Origin: Oculina patagonica
Taxonomy: Eukaryota
DNA: 64,000 nucleotides
Reading direction: 5' to 3'
Assembly: GCF_052425735.1 (NCBI RefSeq)
Contig: NC_135765.1
Span: forward strand, 8,928,001-8,992,000
Shown: positions 1 through 11,793 of the stretch, piece after piece
Layout: every line of letters starts with the position of its first letter
Numbering within the stretch: position 1 is the first letter of the stretch
Position numbers and translations under genes: made by a program
The notes under the pieces: model-generated
Databases searched by the model: none
Seen by the model: the letters and a program-made list of their open reading frames with translations, nothing else
Told to the model about the DNA's origin: nothing

Positions 1-3000
1 ATCATTTGCTCGCAAGCCAAGTCCACGTTCGAACATTTATAATCCGGAAGGTTATAAATCAAATTAAGTCATTTAAGTTTACATAGAAAAGTGCCTCGAG
101 CAAAATAATAAACCGCACGTTACGACACGATCACGAACTCAACGTACGATGTTTGCAGAAAATAACTTTTTCCGTTTCTGAAAAGAAAAAGTCCCACACG
201 TTGAAGAAACGGAGAGAACCGAAAAAACAAAACAAAAGGCAGATTACGACAAAAACTCATTCAAAAAAAAAAAAAATTACTATAACTGAAAAAGTAGAAT
301 TAAGTTTGTACGTGTTCAGCTGTCCAGGGGAGAGCTGTTTGTGAATAAATTCTTGTTAGTTCCCGTTAACTTGAACTTGTGATTTCTCAAAACACCTAAA
401 GTCAACTTTTCAGCGATGAATCAAAACACGAAAACGGAACTTTCGGAACGAATTGCGTGGGTAAAAAGGACAACGGACTGGTTTGAAGAGGGTGGCAGAA
501 AAACTCGACTTCCTGGCCAGGATTATGGCTGATGCCTAGCATATGCCCATTCACGATTTAAAATACACAACCCCGGTTTTAGTTTTGGCATTGGTTGCGC
601 AACTTTTCCTACGCAGAGAATACATACCCACATTTAATCTATTTCTATGTTGTTTTTCGGCATTATCACTAGGCTGTGATATCAAATACCGACAAATCCT
701 CGCGCCGCGCTCTATGAGACCCGGCATCGCAGCCACACCCCCACCCCCTCAACCAACAAGTGATTATCAAAGGTCGTTTCATGTAATTTCGCTTGGAGTT
801 TGTATCTTATTTACGACTGTTTTTAGATTAATATGTATTACTTTCCTCTTCTTCTTTGGTGGGCTTTATTTAAGCGGTAGTGGGTAGACAGCGGAAAGCA
901 AAGGAAATCGGATATTGAAACTAGAAACGCCTGGCATGCGGCGGGTTTTCTATCATTTTGTTGCCTGCGTAGCTGGCGGTTCTGTTGGGGTTAACACGCG
1001 CGCGCGCGCGAGAGGGGCACAACTTGCGAGACACGCGCACCTTGCGATTGCGACTTGAAAGCGAGCTATAATTCTGACTTTCCTCTTAATCGCATACGCG
1101 TTATAAACACAGGTTTAGATATGATTTACCTGACCGCTTATCCCAAAAGCTTTATCGTACCGGATTTGTAAAGCCTTGTGGAAAGCGCACGAGGACAAAG
1201 ATAACATTGTTGATTGATTGATTGACAGACAGGAGTCACTTGTCTTGGAGCAAGCTCAAAACAAATATTGCAACATGTACCTACACGTTTAATTCTCGCG
1301 TTTTATAAGGTCTCCTGCAGAATGCAAACTAGCGGCACTGGGGAATGACTGTTATATTATCACAGCCTAAATTCTGTTTATACATCTGCTTTTTTTAATC
1401 ATAATTGCATGTAAATGCAAGTGCCGTTTAATTGGAAAAAGTATTGAACAAAACAAGCCTTTATTGAACTTCTTTAAGAATAAAAAAGTTCTTAGAGGCA
1501 TCGATTTCTCTGCAAACTGGAGCTTCGCCTTTGGAAGCCATTCGAAATAAAATTTCCGTGCATACATTTTTTTGCAATCTAGATTAAACCGATTTTCGCG
1601 ATAAACTTCTTAACGAGGATCGCAAGCAAAACATGATTAAAAAAACACCAAGGAAAGCTTTCAATTAGCCAAGTGTCGCTAAATCTGTCAACGATTTGCA
1701 TATGAATGAGGGCAGAGTTGTTTTTGTTGCATGCAAATCAAACGTTGCGGAGATCTAAACGATAGCAGCGTCCAAAAACAAACCTAAAATCAAACGCTTA
1801 TTCAGAAAGTAAGCTTGCAAAAACTTCCTTTGCAAAGATAGCTTATTTCCTGGCCATGAAATAAGTTATGGTCATTTCCAGCATGCAACGAAACACAAAA
1901 GAGGTCGCACGCGCCTTGAAGTTGTTTACCTCAACGTGCGATGTATGCAAAACTCTCTGCCCCAATGCGAAGGTCAGAAAGTACTGGTAATTACATAACA
2001 TAACTATAATTATCTCTAGCAGAAAAATACACTCGACCAGTGTTTGCAAACAGACTTGTTTTTTAACTCTGCGGATCTTGAGGTAACGATCAATTCCAAA
2101 ATAAAAAGTAGCAATTGGTCTGCTGCTAGTGCAAACAGCATGCGATGAGCGAAAATTGTACAAAAATGGTCAATTTACAGTGCTATATGTACAAAAGGCA
2201 TGTATGTGTTATTGATGTCAGCAGGGAACGGATATACGTATTTTTGATGTCGCAAGACCGAGAAAATGCCGACGGAGAGTAAAATACACCACACAAAACG
2301 AACGATTGCAATAAAATTTTTACATCGAGTTTGCCGGAAGAAAGAAAAATATTTCGCTTTCTTTATTGGCCCGGCCAAAGGTTCGAAATTTGCATACTGC
2401 TTGCCTTGACATTGCAATCTCACTTCCGGTAATTTATGAACTGTCAACTTGAAATAACGAACGCAAAATTTTTCAGAAGTTCTGTTTTTCTCGGCTCCCA
2501 AACCGCTACATAGATTCATATGAAAGCAGAATCACTTGCGGTTTACTTCGACTTCAGAAAAATATAAACAAAAGTTGAAAACATATCGAAAATCTAATTC
2601 TTTCCGCTCACGAAATTGCGCTCGATCGCAGCAACGCAGAACAACAATAAAGATAGAAATCGGTTATTCTTCTTTCCGAACGTTAGAATTGACAGACTGT
2701 TTAACTTTCGAGCGATAATACATTGAAGACAAAATATTACTTTGGCGTTGTTGATTCCAAGCACCGAATTTATTGGCTGGCTCGCCACATCCGGTAATTT
2801 CGCGGTCGCTTCCAAAAATTTTTTTTATCCCGTTCGCAACATGATAGCTTCGGCGAATTCGAATAATCTCAAAGAAATAGGATTTTATACTCGCGCAATT
2901 GGAATAAATGTACCTTAAGATTGAGGAATGGATCGCAAAATAGTTATCGATTGGGTCGTTTGGATAAATAAACCAAGAACCGGTGGCTTGATTCAAAAGC

Positions 3001-3114
3001 GCCGGGTTGACATTTCAAACGGAACAGGCGCTCTTGAAATCATGTTCAACAAGATAAGAGACTTCTGATGGCTTACATATAGACGCATATTGAAAGAAAT
3101 TCAAAATAAAATAC

Positions 3115-3319
3115 CTGTTTCTCCTTTGCTTTGCCTGAATTCTTCCAGCAGCGCCTTGTAGATAATGCCTGTGTTGTTCTGTATTCCCAGCACAACAAAT
3201 TGTGCTATAAAACCGGCAAGGCATATAAACCATCCCCAACCACCGTCCGGGACGGATCGGACCTGAATTTCCACCTGAACTTTCTCGATTTCTTTGCTTT
3301 CTTTACTATCCTTTCCCAT
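3115..3319 (-). CDS. First coding exon of an SLC16 monocarboxylate-transporter-like MFS protein; the rest of the gene lies left of the window
   Basis: MGKDSK...VPDGGWGWFICLAGFIAQFVVLGIQNNTGIIYKALLEEFRQSKGET contains the PDGGWGW SLC16 N-terminal signature. It ends at a phase-1 GT donor (ACAG|GTATTT at 3115/3114). A candidate acceptor TTTTCAG at 3365 suggests an upstream non-coding exon. No further exons recognised in 1-3114. Confidence 0.85.
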
Positions 3320-5275
3320 GATTGCAGTTATTCGGGAAATTTCTTCAAACGAGAGCTGTGAGACCTGAAAATGTGATGTTCTGTACTGCTCTCAGTCCGC
3401 GCGCTCCGCTCTCCAAGCGAGCAAATTTCAGGTGAGGGAGAAATTTTTTTTCGCCGAGTTGAAACTTTAGATAACACATGACGTAATGAACACCCTGAGG
3501 GCAAACACGCCCTGCTATTGGCTAAAAATATGGCATGATCAATGGGCGAATAACAGCGCAGATGTATTGTTGTGCTTCAAATAACATGCGCCCATTTGTG
3601 GAAAGCTGAGCGCTGAACAAAAGAAGGCTTGTGATAAACAAAGCTCACGAGTTCAGCATGTGATCGTACGCAAACATCCTTCGCATTTCTCGCAAATTCT
3701 AATCTCCAACTCCGATTTATTGCTTCCAGTGGATTCAAAAAAGCTGTATTTTATATAGGTGAGCAGTACCTGCTTTTATGACAGGTTTTTTGTGGTGTGA
3801 CGTAGACCAACACGACGCTGTGATTGGCTGCGCTTTACATAAAAGAAATAAACAAGTACAGGTCTGCACGGGCAGGTAATAAGAAACCAATTGAAAGCGC
3901 ATGGAAGCGGAAAAAATGGAGTGATATAAGAAAAAGCTTCAAACTGCTGGGTCCACGTCTTTTTATATATCAGGGGTTTTCCCCGAAATGAGACCACGAG
4001 GAAATATTGCATCAGCTGACGACCTTGTTGTGAACATGCCTCTAGCAAAAAGAGCTTTTCGCGATAAATTATTCACAAAAACTGTCACGAATTGGAGTCG
4101 AGCTGTGAAAAATAAATGTTGCGTTCTTGCCCGCAACTTGTTTATGCTACATGAATAACAATCTTGTTTTCCACATTTGAGTACTTTTTCGCAGACTTCA
4201 GTTTAATTCGAAAAATGAAAGAAACACACAGAAAATAAAACGAATGTTTTCCTTCACGGGTGATAATAGTTTATAATTACTTTTAATTGTTCAAAACACG
4301 CTGCGTTTTGCTGTAAAGTCTGGTGTTGTTTATTTCGGTTTTCAATCATCGGCCAGAATTATTATTAAAACTTTATTTTTTTTGATGAAAAGATGTAAAC
4401 CAGGCTTCTAAATGCTCGCTGTTAATAAATTCAAACACTAAAGAAATATTTGCAATGAAATATTTAATATCGCTCCTAAGAGATCTGACAATTTTAACCG
4501 CTTTAAAAATTTAATGTTAACGTTTCCAAATTGAACGCATGAGAGAGCACAGTACAATTTGAAAGTAAAATTCAGTTCCGTGACACGAGTGTTGTAGAAA
4601 GAAGTCATCTGTAAAGCACGTGAATGATGAAAATATCGATATACACACGTGAACCTGTCATACTAAGAAAAAAAACAACATGAAAGCTACATTGTGCATG
4701 AAACACATGCTCAACATTTCTGCTACATTAATAATATAATGCTTGCTTAGTACAAAATTAACTTAGAAAACGTGCAAAAGCGAGTTTTTTTTCAGTTTGT
4801 ATGTCGCGAATTTTTTTTTCGATTTTTGATAAGCCATTTGTTTGCGGCGATTCCCTGAAATCAGCTGATTAGTTTCTCACCCTCCCCCACCCCCCCTCTC
4901 CACCCCCACCAACAATTTTATTCTTGAAAAGTTAGCTAATCTTCTATACAACCAAAAGTTTCGCTGACGTTGTTTGCAGAGTTTATTAGTGAGGGAAAAA
5001 TTTTGCAAATGTAGCAAATTCACATAATGGCATTTCGAAAATGCAAAATGAACGCACAGGAATTATTTTGGTAGAATTATTGAATGGCAGATCAAAATGG
5101 CTCTGAATAGAAATTTGAAGGCTGATTTTCTTATTACAAGCACGAAAAGCAGAAAAGGTAACTAGAAATGTTTTCGTGCAAAATTTGAAAGCTTATGCCT
5201 AGGGATTAAATTGCTGTTGTTATTATTAAATGCTAATATATGCACAAATATTGCTGAGATAAGCAATGCCCTTAA

Positions 5276-6231
5276 GGTCGCGGGGGATACCTACAGCATG
5301 AATAAATTCATGAAGCGAAATTTTGCTTGACCTGTATCTTTTAAAACGCTTATTTCTCGGCTGTTATGGGTGCGATTAAGCTCAAATTTTACAGAGAGAT
5401 AAAGAAATGATAAAATATTATGTATGTCTTCTTTTATGTGGTAGATTGTACTTAACGGCGATGTAATAGCCACGTTTGTGTCAAATTGGGAAGAACATGA
5501 TTTTGTGGCAGAGTTTGTAGAACCAGTACGAGACAGCACACTGTGATCTTGTCAAAAACTAATCAGTCAATACCTCTAGAGTGTCATAACAGAAGCGGAT
5601 TTTTTAATTTAAAATTTGCAAGCAAGTTATGGCGGTTTAAATGCGCAAGTTTTTATTTAATGCCTTCTACCTCTTTCTAAAAGCGCTCATTTAAAATTCC
5701 GCCTCTGTTATGACACTCTACAATATCCATAGTTTACCTATCTGCAGTGGCAAGTCATGAAGGTCTGTATCCGCGCTGTATTCTCTGCCACAAAATTGTC
5801 GGAAAAGTCCAAACTTTGAGATTTCCGAAGGTGTCCCGACCAAAACACGATCAGTTTCGAAAGGAGAGATGTAATTATGGTAATTATATTCCACGCTTTT
5901 ATGGTGAGAACAATGCGTTTTTTTATGAAGGACACGATTGTTTATGCCGAATATTATTGTGATTACTCTGAGTTGCAGAAACATTCAAATTTGAATAAAA
6001 ATCAGCTCATAGACTTCCTACAATCTATATAAACGTATAACGCCAAGTGTTGTTTTAAATTGGTTAATATCAAAGAACCAGGAATTTATTTCTTTTTAAA
6101 AATCACGCGCACGCACCCATATTTTTAACCAGTCATGAATATCTCGTAAAGTTGTCGATGTCCGTCGTTGCACTTCGTGCATACGCTTTAAATAAATGCA
6201 TAATGATGAGCCTAAGGTGTCCCCCGCGACC
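5276..6231. mobile_element. Non-autonomous Kolobok-type DNA transposon (956 bp)
   Basis: TIRs GGTCGCGGGGGATACCT / AGGTGTCCCCCGCGACC, flanked by TTAA on both sides (5272-5275, 6232-6235). GG..CC termini plus a TTAA target fit Kolobok rather than piggyBac. Confidence 0.75.
5577..5720. mobile_element. MITE with TAG..CTA ends nested inside the Kolobok-like element
   Basis: TIR TAGAGTGTCATAACAGAAGCGGA / TCCGCCTCTGTTATGACACTCTA; the flanking duplication is unclear. Confidence 0.7.
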
Positions 6232-7385
6232 TTAAACAATACTCAAATGGACTAACAATAACACTGTTATAGCTTTTCCTTTTAATATCCGCTTACACGT
6301 TTTTAGCTTGAAATAATTGTGCTGATCGCCAAAAAAGATATAAAAATTTATCAAATCTTGGCAATTCGACAACATTTGATACAAAAACACGCTTTTACAC
6401 GCGAAAAAACACACAACATAAAGCTGAACACACGGTGGCAATCGAATCGAACAAATTGAAATCAAACATTTAATTCATATATTTTTTTGTATCCGCTGCA
6501 TAAATCGTTTTAATTTCACACATCAACCACGCAACTACGTTTTCTCCAAACAGTCACGATACCGTTAACGGCTGTATAAAGCAAGAAAAAACCATTGCAT
6601 TTGGTGCGTTTGCTCCCCTTAGTCCTTTTCTGAACTGAGCCAGGTCAAAAAATTTGCGATATTTTGGTCGGGTATTTTGTGAAGGTGTCAACATGGTGCG
6701 AAAACGGTAAAACGGATGGGTCATTTAGAATCTGACGTCACATAATTTCCGTTCAAGTTCAGTTCTTTCTCTGAAATTGAAACTGAAACTCCGCTGTATC
6801 CGCTACAGCATATCTGCATTTCTTCAAATTAATTGATAAATTTGATCAAGGGTACCTCCAAGGTAATAGAGACCGCGAATAAATGACAAATAAATTTTCA
6901 TTTTTGTTTCTTTCCTCTTTTTTTTTAGATTCCCGTGCCAATAGCCTATGTAAAGCCGTACCTATCCCCGAGGAAATACCAGAGCGTTTTTCCTCGGGGG
7001 TGGGCACTTGTGTAAACACTGCTTTTCGCGCCTGTTTGCACGCAAAGCGAAGTCAACTTATCCTTTGTTCTCTTTTGATCGTTGGCAGTTTAATCAACAC
7101 CACTGAAATGAAGGTTGTTAATGAGCAAATTATTGGGTGAATTTCTCATCGTTGTCATATGTAATGAGACTAAACCTTTCGGTCACTGGAGGACTCATCT
7201 TGAAAACAAAAAGGCCAATTGTTTCATTATTAGCTATTACATTCCACGCCTGTTTGCACGCGTACGCAAACTAATTTTGGGCCACTGAGCGCGCGGTAGG
7301 TGGATGGAAAACTGCGGTTTATTTTTTGCGGAGTTATATTGCGAGTGCTGTATCAGAAAAACTGCGAACAATCCAAAGAGTAACG

Positions 7386-8720
7386 ATGGCCATTGTCGAC
7401 GAAAACTGGCAGACGAAGCGATCAACTATCAAAGAGAGAACCACGTTTATTTTCAACACGGAGACACTGAGCGCTGTGAAATTTGTTGTTCCACGGTCGA
7501 CTGATGAATGTGAGAGCAAAAAGTCTAAATTGGTGATCCAAGCTCACAAGTTTGTGCTTGCCATCAGCAGTCCTGTGTTCTTTGCCATGTTCTATGGTCC
7601 AATGGCGGAGACTTCAGACTCTATTGAACTGCCTGACTGTGAGTACGAGAGTCTGTTGGAGATGTTTCGTTATTTGTACAGCGACGAAGTGAAGCTGAGC
7701 GGAAATAATGTGATGCAAGTGCTGTACTTGGCGAACAAGTATATGGTGCCTTCTCTTGCTAAAAAATGTAACGAATATCTTCGAGAGAACTTAAAAACAT
7801 CCAATGTGTTTTGCATTCTCCCGTTCGCTCAGAAATTTGAAGATAAAAATTTGGAGGATCGATGCTGGGAAGTGATTGAGAAGCAGACAGAAGAAGCTGT
7901 GACGTCAGATGAATTTGTTACAGTTGAGCGATCACTAGTCGAGACAGTCGTGAAAAGAGCAGAAAGACTCGGAAGGTTGAACGTGAAGGAAGTAGAACTA
8001 TTCAAAGCTGTTGATCGCTGGGCCACAAAAGAAAGTGAAAGGCAAGGGATAACTCCTGATGGCCATGCGAAGAGACGAATTCTTGGAGAGGAGATCGTGA
8101 AAGCGATAAGGTTTCAAAGGATGTCACAGAAGGAGTTTGCGTCAGTTGTAATTGATTCTGACATTCTTACATCTAAGGAGGTTGGTGACATGATGAAACT
8201 TTTCAGTGATGTTTTAACATCTCCAATTGTACAAGCCCCAAGGGTAGTTGCTCTAACTGGTCATCGGGTTCAAAGATTTGGAACCTTTAAACCGCCATTA
8301 ACAAATCGGTTATGTGATGGTATGGCTGATTATATAAATTTTACTGTTAACAAACCCATCACGTTATATGGAGTTCAACATTTTGGTTCTGAAGGTGGCA
8401 AGTACAAGGTTTACACTGAAATTAAAGATACCACATGTACAGATATCTGTTCTCTGGTGATACAATTCGAATCATACACTTCAGAAAAGGACGAGACTTA
8501 TGATTATTACGGCTTTGATGTACGGTTTGATCGTCCAGTTTGTTTAGAGGAAGGCAAAGAGTACATGTTAATGGCGGTTATTATCGGTCCTAAGTCATGG
8601 TATGGAGAAGACGGACAAACATCTGTTGAGTGTCAAGGAGTACGATTTACATTCCGTTCTCATGTCCCTTTCAGAACCACTGAAACAAGAGGCCAGTTTC
8701 CTGCGTTTTTGTTAGCTTAA
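7386..8720 (+). CDS. BTB-BACK-PHR protein (BTBD3/BTBD6-like, putative CUL3 adaptor), copy C, intronless, 444 aa
   Basis: ATG 7386 aligns with the paralog starts (the track's TTG extension is unlikely). BTB motifs AHKFVLAISSPVFFAMFYG and VLYLANKYMVPSL; BACK motifs EVELFKAVDRWA and IRF; C-terminal PHR-like YINFTVNKPITLYGV..GQFPAFL. Confidence 0.9.
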   Translation: MAIVDENWQTKRSTIKERTTFIFNTETLSAVKFVVPRSTDECESKKSKLVIQAHKFVLAISSPVFFAMFYGPMAETSDSIELPDCEYESLLEMFRYLYSDEVKLSGNNVMQVLYLANKYMVPSLAKKCNEYLRENLKTSNVFCILPFAQKFEDKNLEDRCWEVIEKQTEEAVTSDEFVTVERSLVETVVKRAERLGRLNVKEVELFKAVDRWATKESERQGITPDGHAKRRILGEEIVKAIRFQRMSQKEFASVVIDSDILTSKEVGDMMKLFSDVLTSPIVQAPRVVALTGHRVQRFGTFKPPLTNRLCDGMADYINFTVNKPITLYGVQHFGSEGGKYKVYTEIKDTTCTDICSLVIQFESYTSEKDETYDYYGFDVRFDRPVCLEEGKEYMLMAVIIGPKSWYGEDGQTSVECQGVRFTFRSHVPFRTTETRGQFPAFLLA

Positions 8721-8723
8721 GCC

Positions 8724-8864
8724 TAGCCTGTTCCAGGCTCTCGGTTTGTGGGGAAGAGCGAAAAAGGCGTGCGACCGCGGAAAAGACTCCCGCTCGTTGT
8801 TTCCCTCGGTCGCTCGCACGCTTTTTTCGCTCTTCCCCACAAACCGAAAGCCTGGAACAGGCTA
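8724..8864. mobile_element. Hairpin MITE (TAGCCTG..CAGGCTA) inserted 3 bp after the BTB copy C stop codon
   Basis: Long TIRs TAGCCTGTTCCAGGCTCTCGGTTTGTGGGGAAGAGCGAAAAA. It is absent at the same position in copies A (38331) and B. Confidence 0.85.
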
Positions 8865-9252
8865 GCTCTTTTGTCAGTCTTAGCCCAGTCTAGTAGTTGT
8901 ACATATCGAGTTCTTTGCTAATCCGTTCTATGTTGAAGTACTCCTTAGTACATTATTTTTGTTTTGAGTGTCTTCGTGTCTCCGAAAAGAGGTCAACATT
9001 AATTACACTTCCGTAACTCGTAACATGTAAAGGCTTATGTATGCTACACCTTGAAAGACGATTGGTGCTTCTGAGATGCATCAAGCATCTCAGAAGCGTT
9101 TAGTGTATGGGAAGTAATAAAAGAATGCAGGCTAAATATACAATCTACTTGGTTTTGACTACTTGTTACTGGGATTTGACACTGTACCCCCCCCCCCCCC
9201 CCCCACCCCCTTCCGAATGGGATCTCATCCTTCCACCAGGTTGACGACTCAT

Positions 9253-10146
9253 CGTAGTTGTTCATTTAGCGCGGTGTCTCGTAAATGTCTGTTTTCGATT
9301 CGCAAGGCTTCAAGTTGCGCGTTCGTTACCTTCAAAGAACAATGAAATAAAACAGTTTTGGTGTGGAGAGCTACTTGGGCATATTCTAAGACAATCATAA
9401 TCAACCCTGTTATTCCGTTCACCCACTCTTCTCAAGGAAGATGCACTCATGTACCTACTTTATGTTGCAACACGCGCGCACCTCACGCGTGTATCCACAC
9501 GCACGCACGCGCCACACGCGTGTATCCACGCGCACGCACGCACGCACATAGACACTAACATTTCCAATGCTTACCTGAAGTTCAGCAGCTGCGCGCTCTG
9601 TCATGCTTTGCGCTTGCTTCACGAAGGTCTTTTTCCATGCGTTGAGTTCTCTCAGTGATGGATGCAATTGCAACGTCCCTATCATCAAATGAAATAAGAT
9701 CAAAATAAGAAAAAAAAAGAAGAGAAAACTTGCCACAACAAAAATAAGCCTTCATAGGCGCGCAAGAGAAGGAAAGGAAAGGAAAGGCAAAATGAAATAA
9801 AATAAAAAAGAAATAAAACGAAAAGAAACAAAAAGGAAAACAAAAGAGTTATAAGATAAGTAAGTGGAAAAAAGCTCAAAAGACCAGTTGTTTATCAGTG
9901 AAAAGAACATTCTCGTCTATAGAGCCGCCTGTCTCTCTTAGCTGGCGATTGGCTAGATGTAACAAAGGGAATTTTAAAGTTAGCAAAGCAACCGAAGGTA
10001 ACAAACAAACAAACGAACAATGCACATCCAAATGCAAAATCACCTTTTATGAAGTTCAGCAGTCATGTTACCAATCTGTTTCTTCATACCGTCCACTTCA
10101 GCCTGATGTCCATCCTTAACAGTTGAGACCCTTGCTATTTTTTGAG
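9253..10146 (-). pseudogene. CEP63: CEP63 pseudo-exons 17-19, unit C
   Basis: Exon 17 (10044-10146) is +5 nt with an early TAG; exon 18 (9575-9678) has a +4-nt frameshift; the exon 19 (9253-9329) donor has changed GT to AT; exons 20-24 are deleted. Confidence 0.85.
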
Positions 10147-10512
10147 CTGTAGATTCAAACGCACTATCACAAGTTCCATAAACTACCGACATTTCTGAAG
10201 AATTCAAACCACGAGTTTAGTTGGTTTATTCAGCAACCGAGAAGCATCACTCCAATTAAGTTCGTCCAGAATTAAAGGAGCTTGCGGCACTGGCCAAATG
10301 CCGGAGTAACCTGATTAAAAATTCGAGATTCGACTGTCTTATCAAAAGACATGACAGACGCTTATACCATTTACGTTGCCAACAACAACCGAATGGTTGT
10401 CCTCAAAGAAGACTGGGAACAGGAGAAACGTACAAATGGTAAAGAAATTTTCGGTGAGACTAAACCTTGTGAGCCTTGATGTGACAATTCAAAAGAAAGT
10501 TGTTGGTGAGTA

Positions 10513-10918
10513 CAGTCAACTCTCGTTATGGCGGAAACGCTCGGGACGCCGTTGAGTGTACGTAATAGCGAGAGTCCGTAATAGTGGGGTGTGAAAAAAA
10601 AAGTGCTGTTAACATGAGTTAAATATAATATAGACTATGACGAGCACATCAGCAGTGGTGAAGCTGCTAAGCAGTCGATAGTAATTACTACGTAATTAAG
10701 TTACATGAGAAAGTTACTGTGTCCGCTTCATCGAGAGTCAAAACACTAAATTTGTTATTTTGGTACCACGAAAGTGTACGTAATTCCGCAATAGCGAGAG
10801 TCCGTAATAACGGCAGTCATTTCCAGTCAAACTTCTATAGCTTTCTCCGAGATCTGGATTTTGTCCGTTATAGCGAGCGTCCGTAAAAGCGGGCTGTCCG
10901 CAAGGCGAGAGTTGACTG
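10513..10918. mobile_element. Tc1/mariner-type MITE (CAGTCAACTCTCG..CGAGAGTTGACTG, TA flanks)
   Basis: TIRs and TA dinucleotides at 10511-10512 and 10919-10920. A paralogous copy at 30586-31546 shows that it predates the duplication. Confidence 0.8.
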
Positions 10919-11793
10919 TATTTTGCCAGGAGCTGGTACAAAAGAAAAACGAGGCACGGTATTTCATATCAAGGCGTTCGCAAAGCGATGGGGCGGGGTT
11001 AAACTTGTCACATTTCTCAATACACCTATCCTACTGTCTAGAAGTTTTGAAGATTAGACGACCGCAATCCAATGACAAAACAAAAAGCTGTAAACAATCA
11101 TTCTTTATTCTCACTTTACATTATAGCTAGAGGCAGTTTGTTTTTTCTCCACCTCAAGAAAACTTCACAAATATCTACCAATACACTGTAAGCGATTTCA
11201 ACCTCGTTGTCACAGTATACGCCGGGTCACTCCGAAATTCATAAACTTGCGTACAAAGATCTTAATTTGCTCATTAAATTAAAATCGAATACAGTCTTCG
11301 TATTGAACTATACAGTACTGATATTTAAAGTTAAAAAGTAACAAAAAACGTAATTGTAATAAATAAGTTTACAAATAGCCTGAAAACTAGTATATGCTGC
11401 AACATATTGCTTTGTAGATACAAGATAATTTCGTTAGTGTTGCAAAAGTAACAGAAAATATTGTTCTTATTAGTTGAGTAGAGAGAATACGGGATGAAAG
11501 TGACCTACCTAGTAACGAAAAAGCCCAGAATCGAATAATAATTAAGTTAATTTAGATTTTTTCACAAATAGTGCTACCTGTGAGTAATAATTTAGAAATA
11601 AATTATGGCCACTCCTGGGTAATCTTGTAGTGGACTGTCTCAATGAAGCCTATGAGTGTGGTGAACTTTCAACTTCTCAGAAAATGGCCATAATTAAATT
11701 GATAGAAAAGAAGGGAAAAGATAAAATGTATATTAAAAACTGGAGGCCGATCTCGCTCCTAAATGTGGATGTCAAGATTGCATCCAAAGCTAT

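Noticed and set aside
1-3100. Short ORFs of 60-114 aa at the left end
   Set aside because: No recognisable domains; the region is most simply the intron of the SLC16-like gene.
7326-7385. 20-aa N-terminal extension of BTB copy C
   Set aside because: It starts at TTG, and the paralogs start at the ATG equivalent to 7386.
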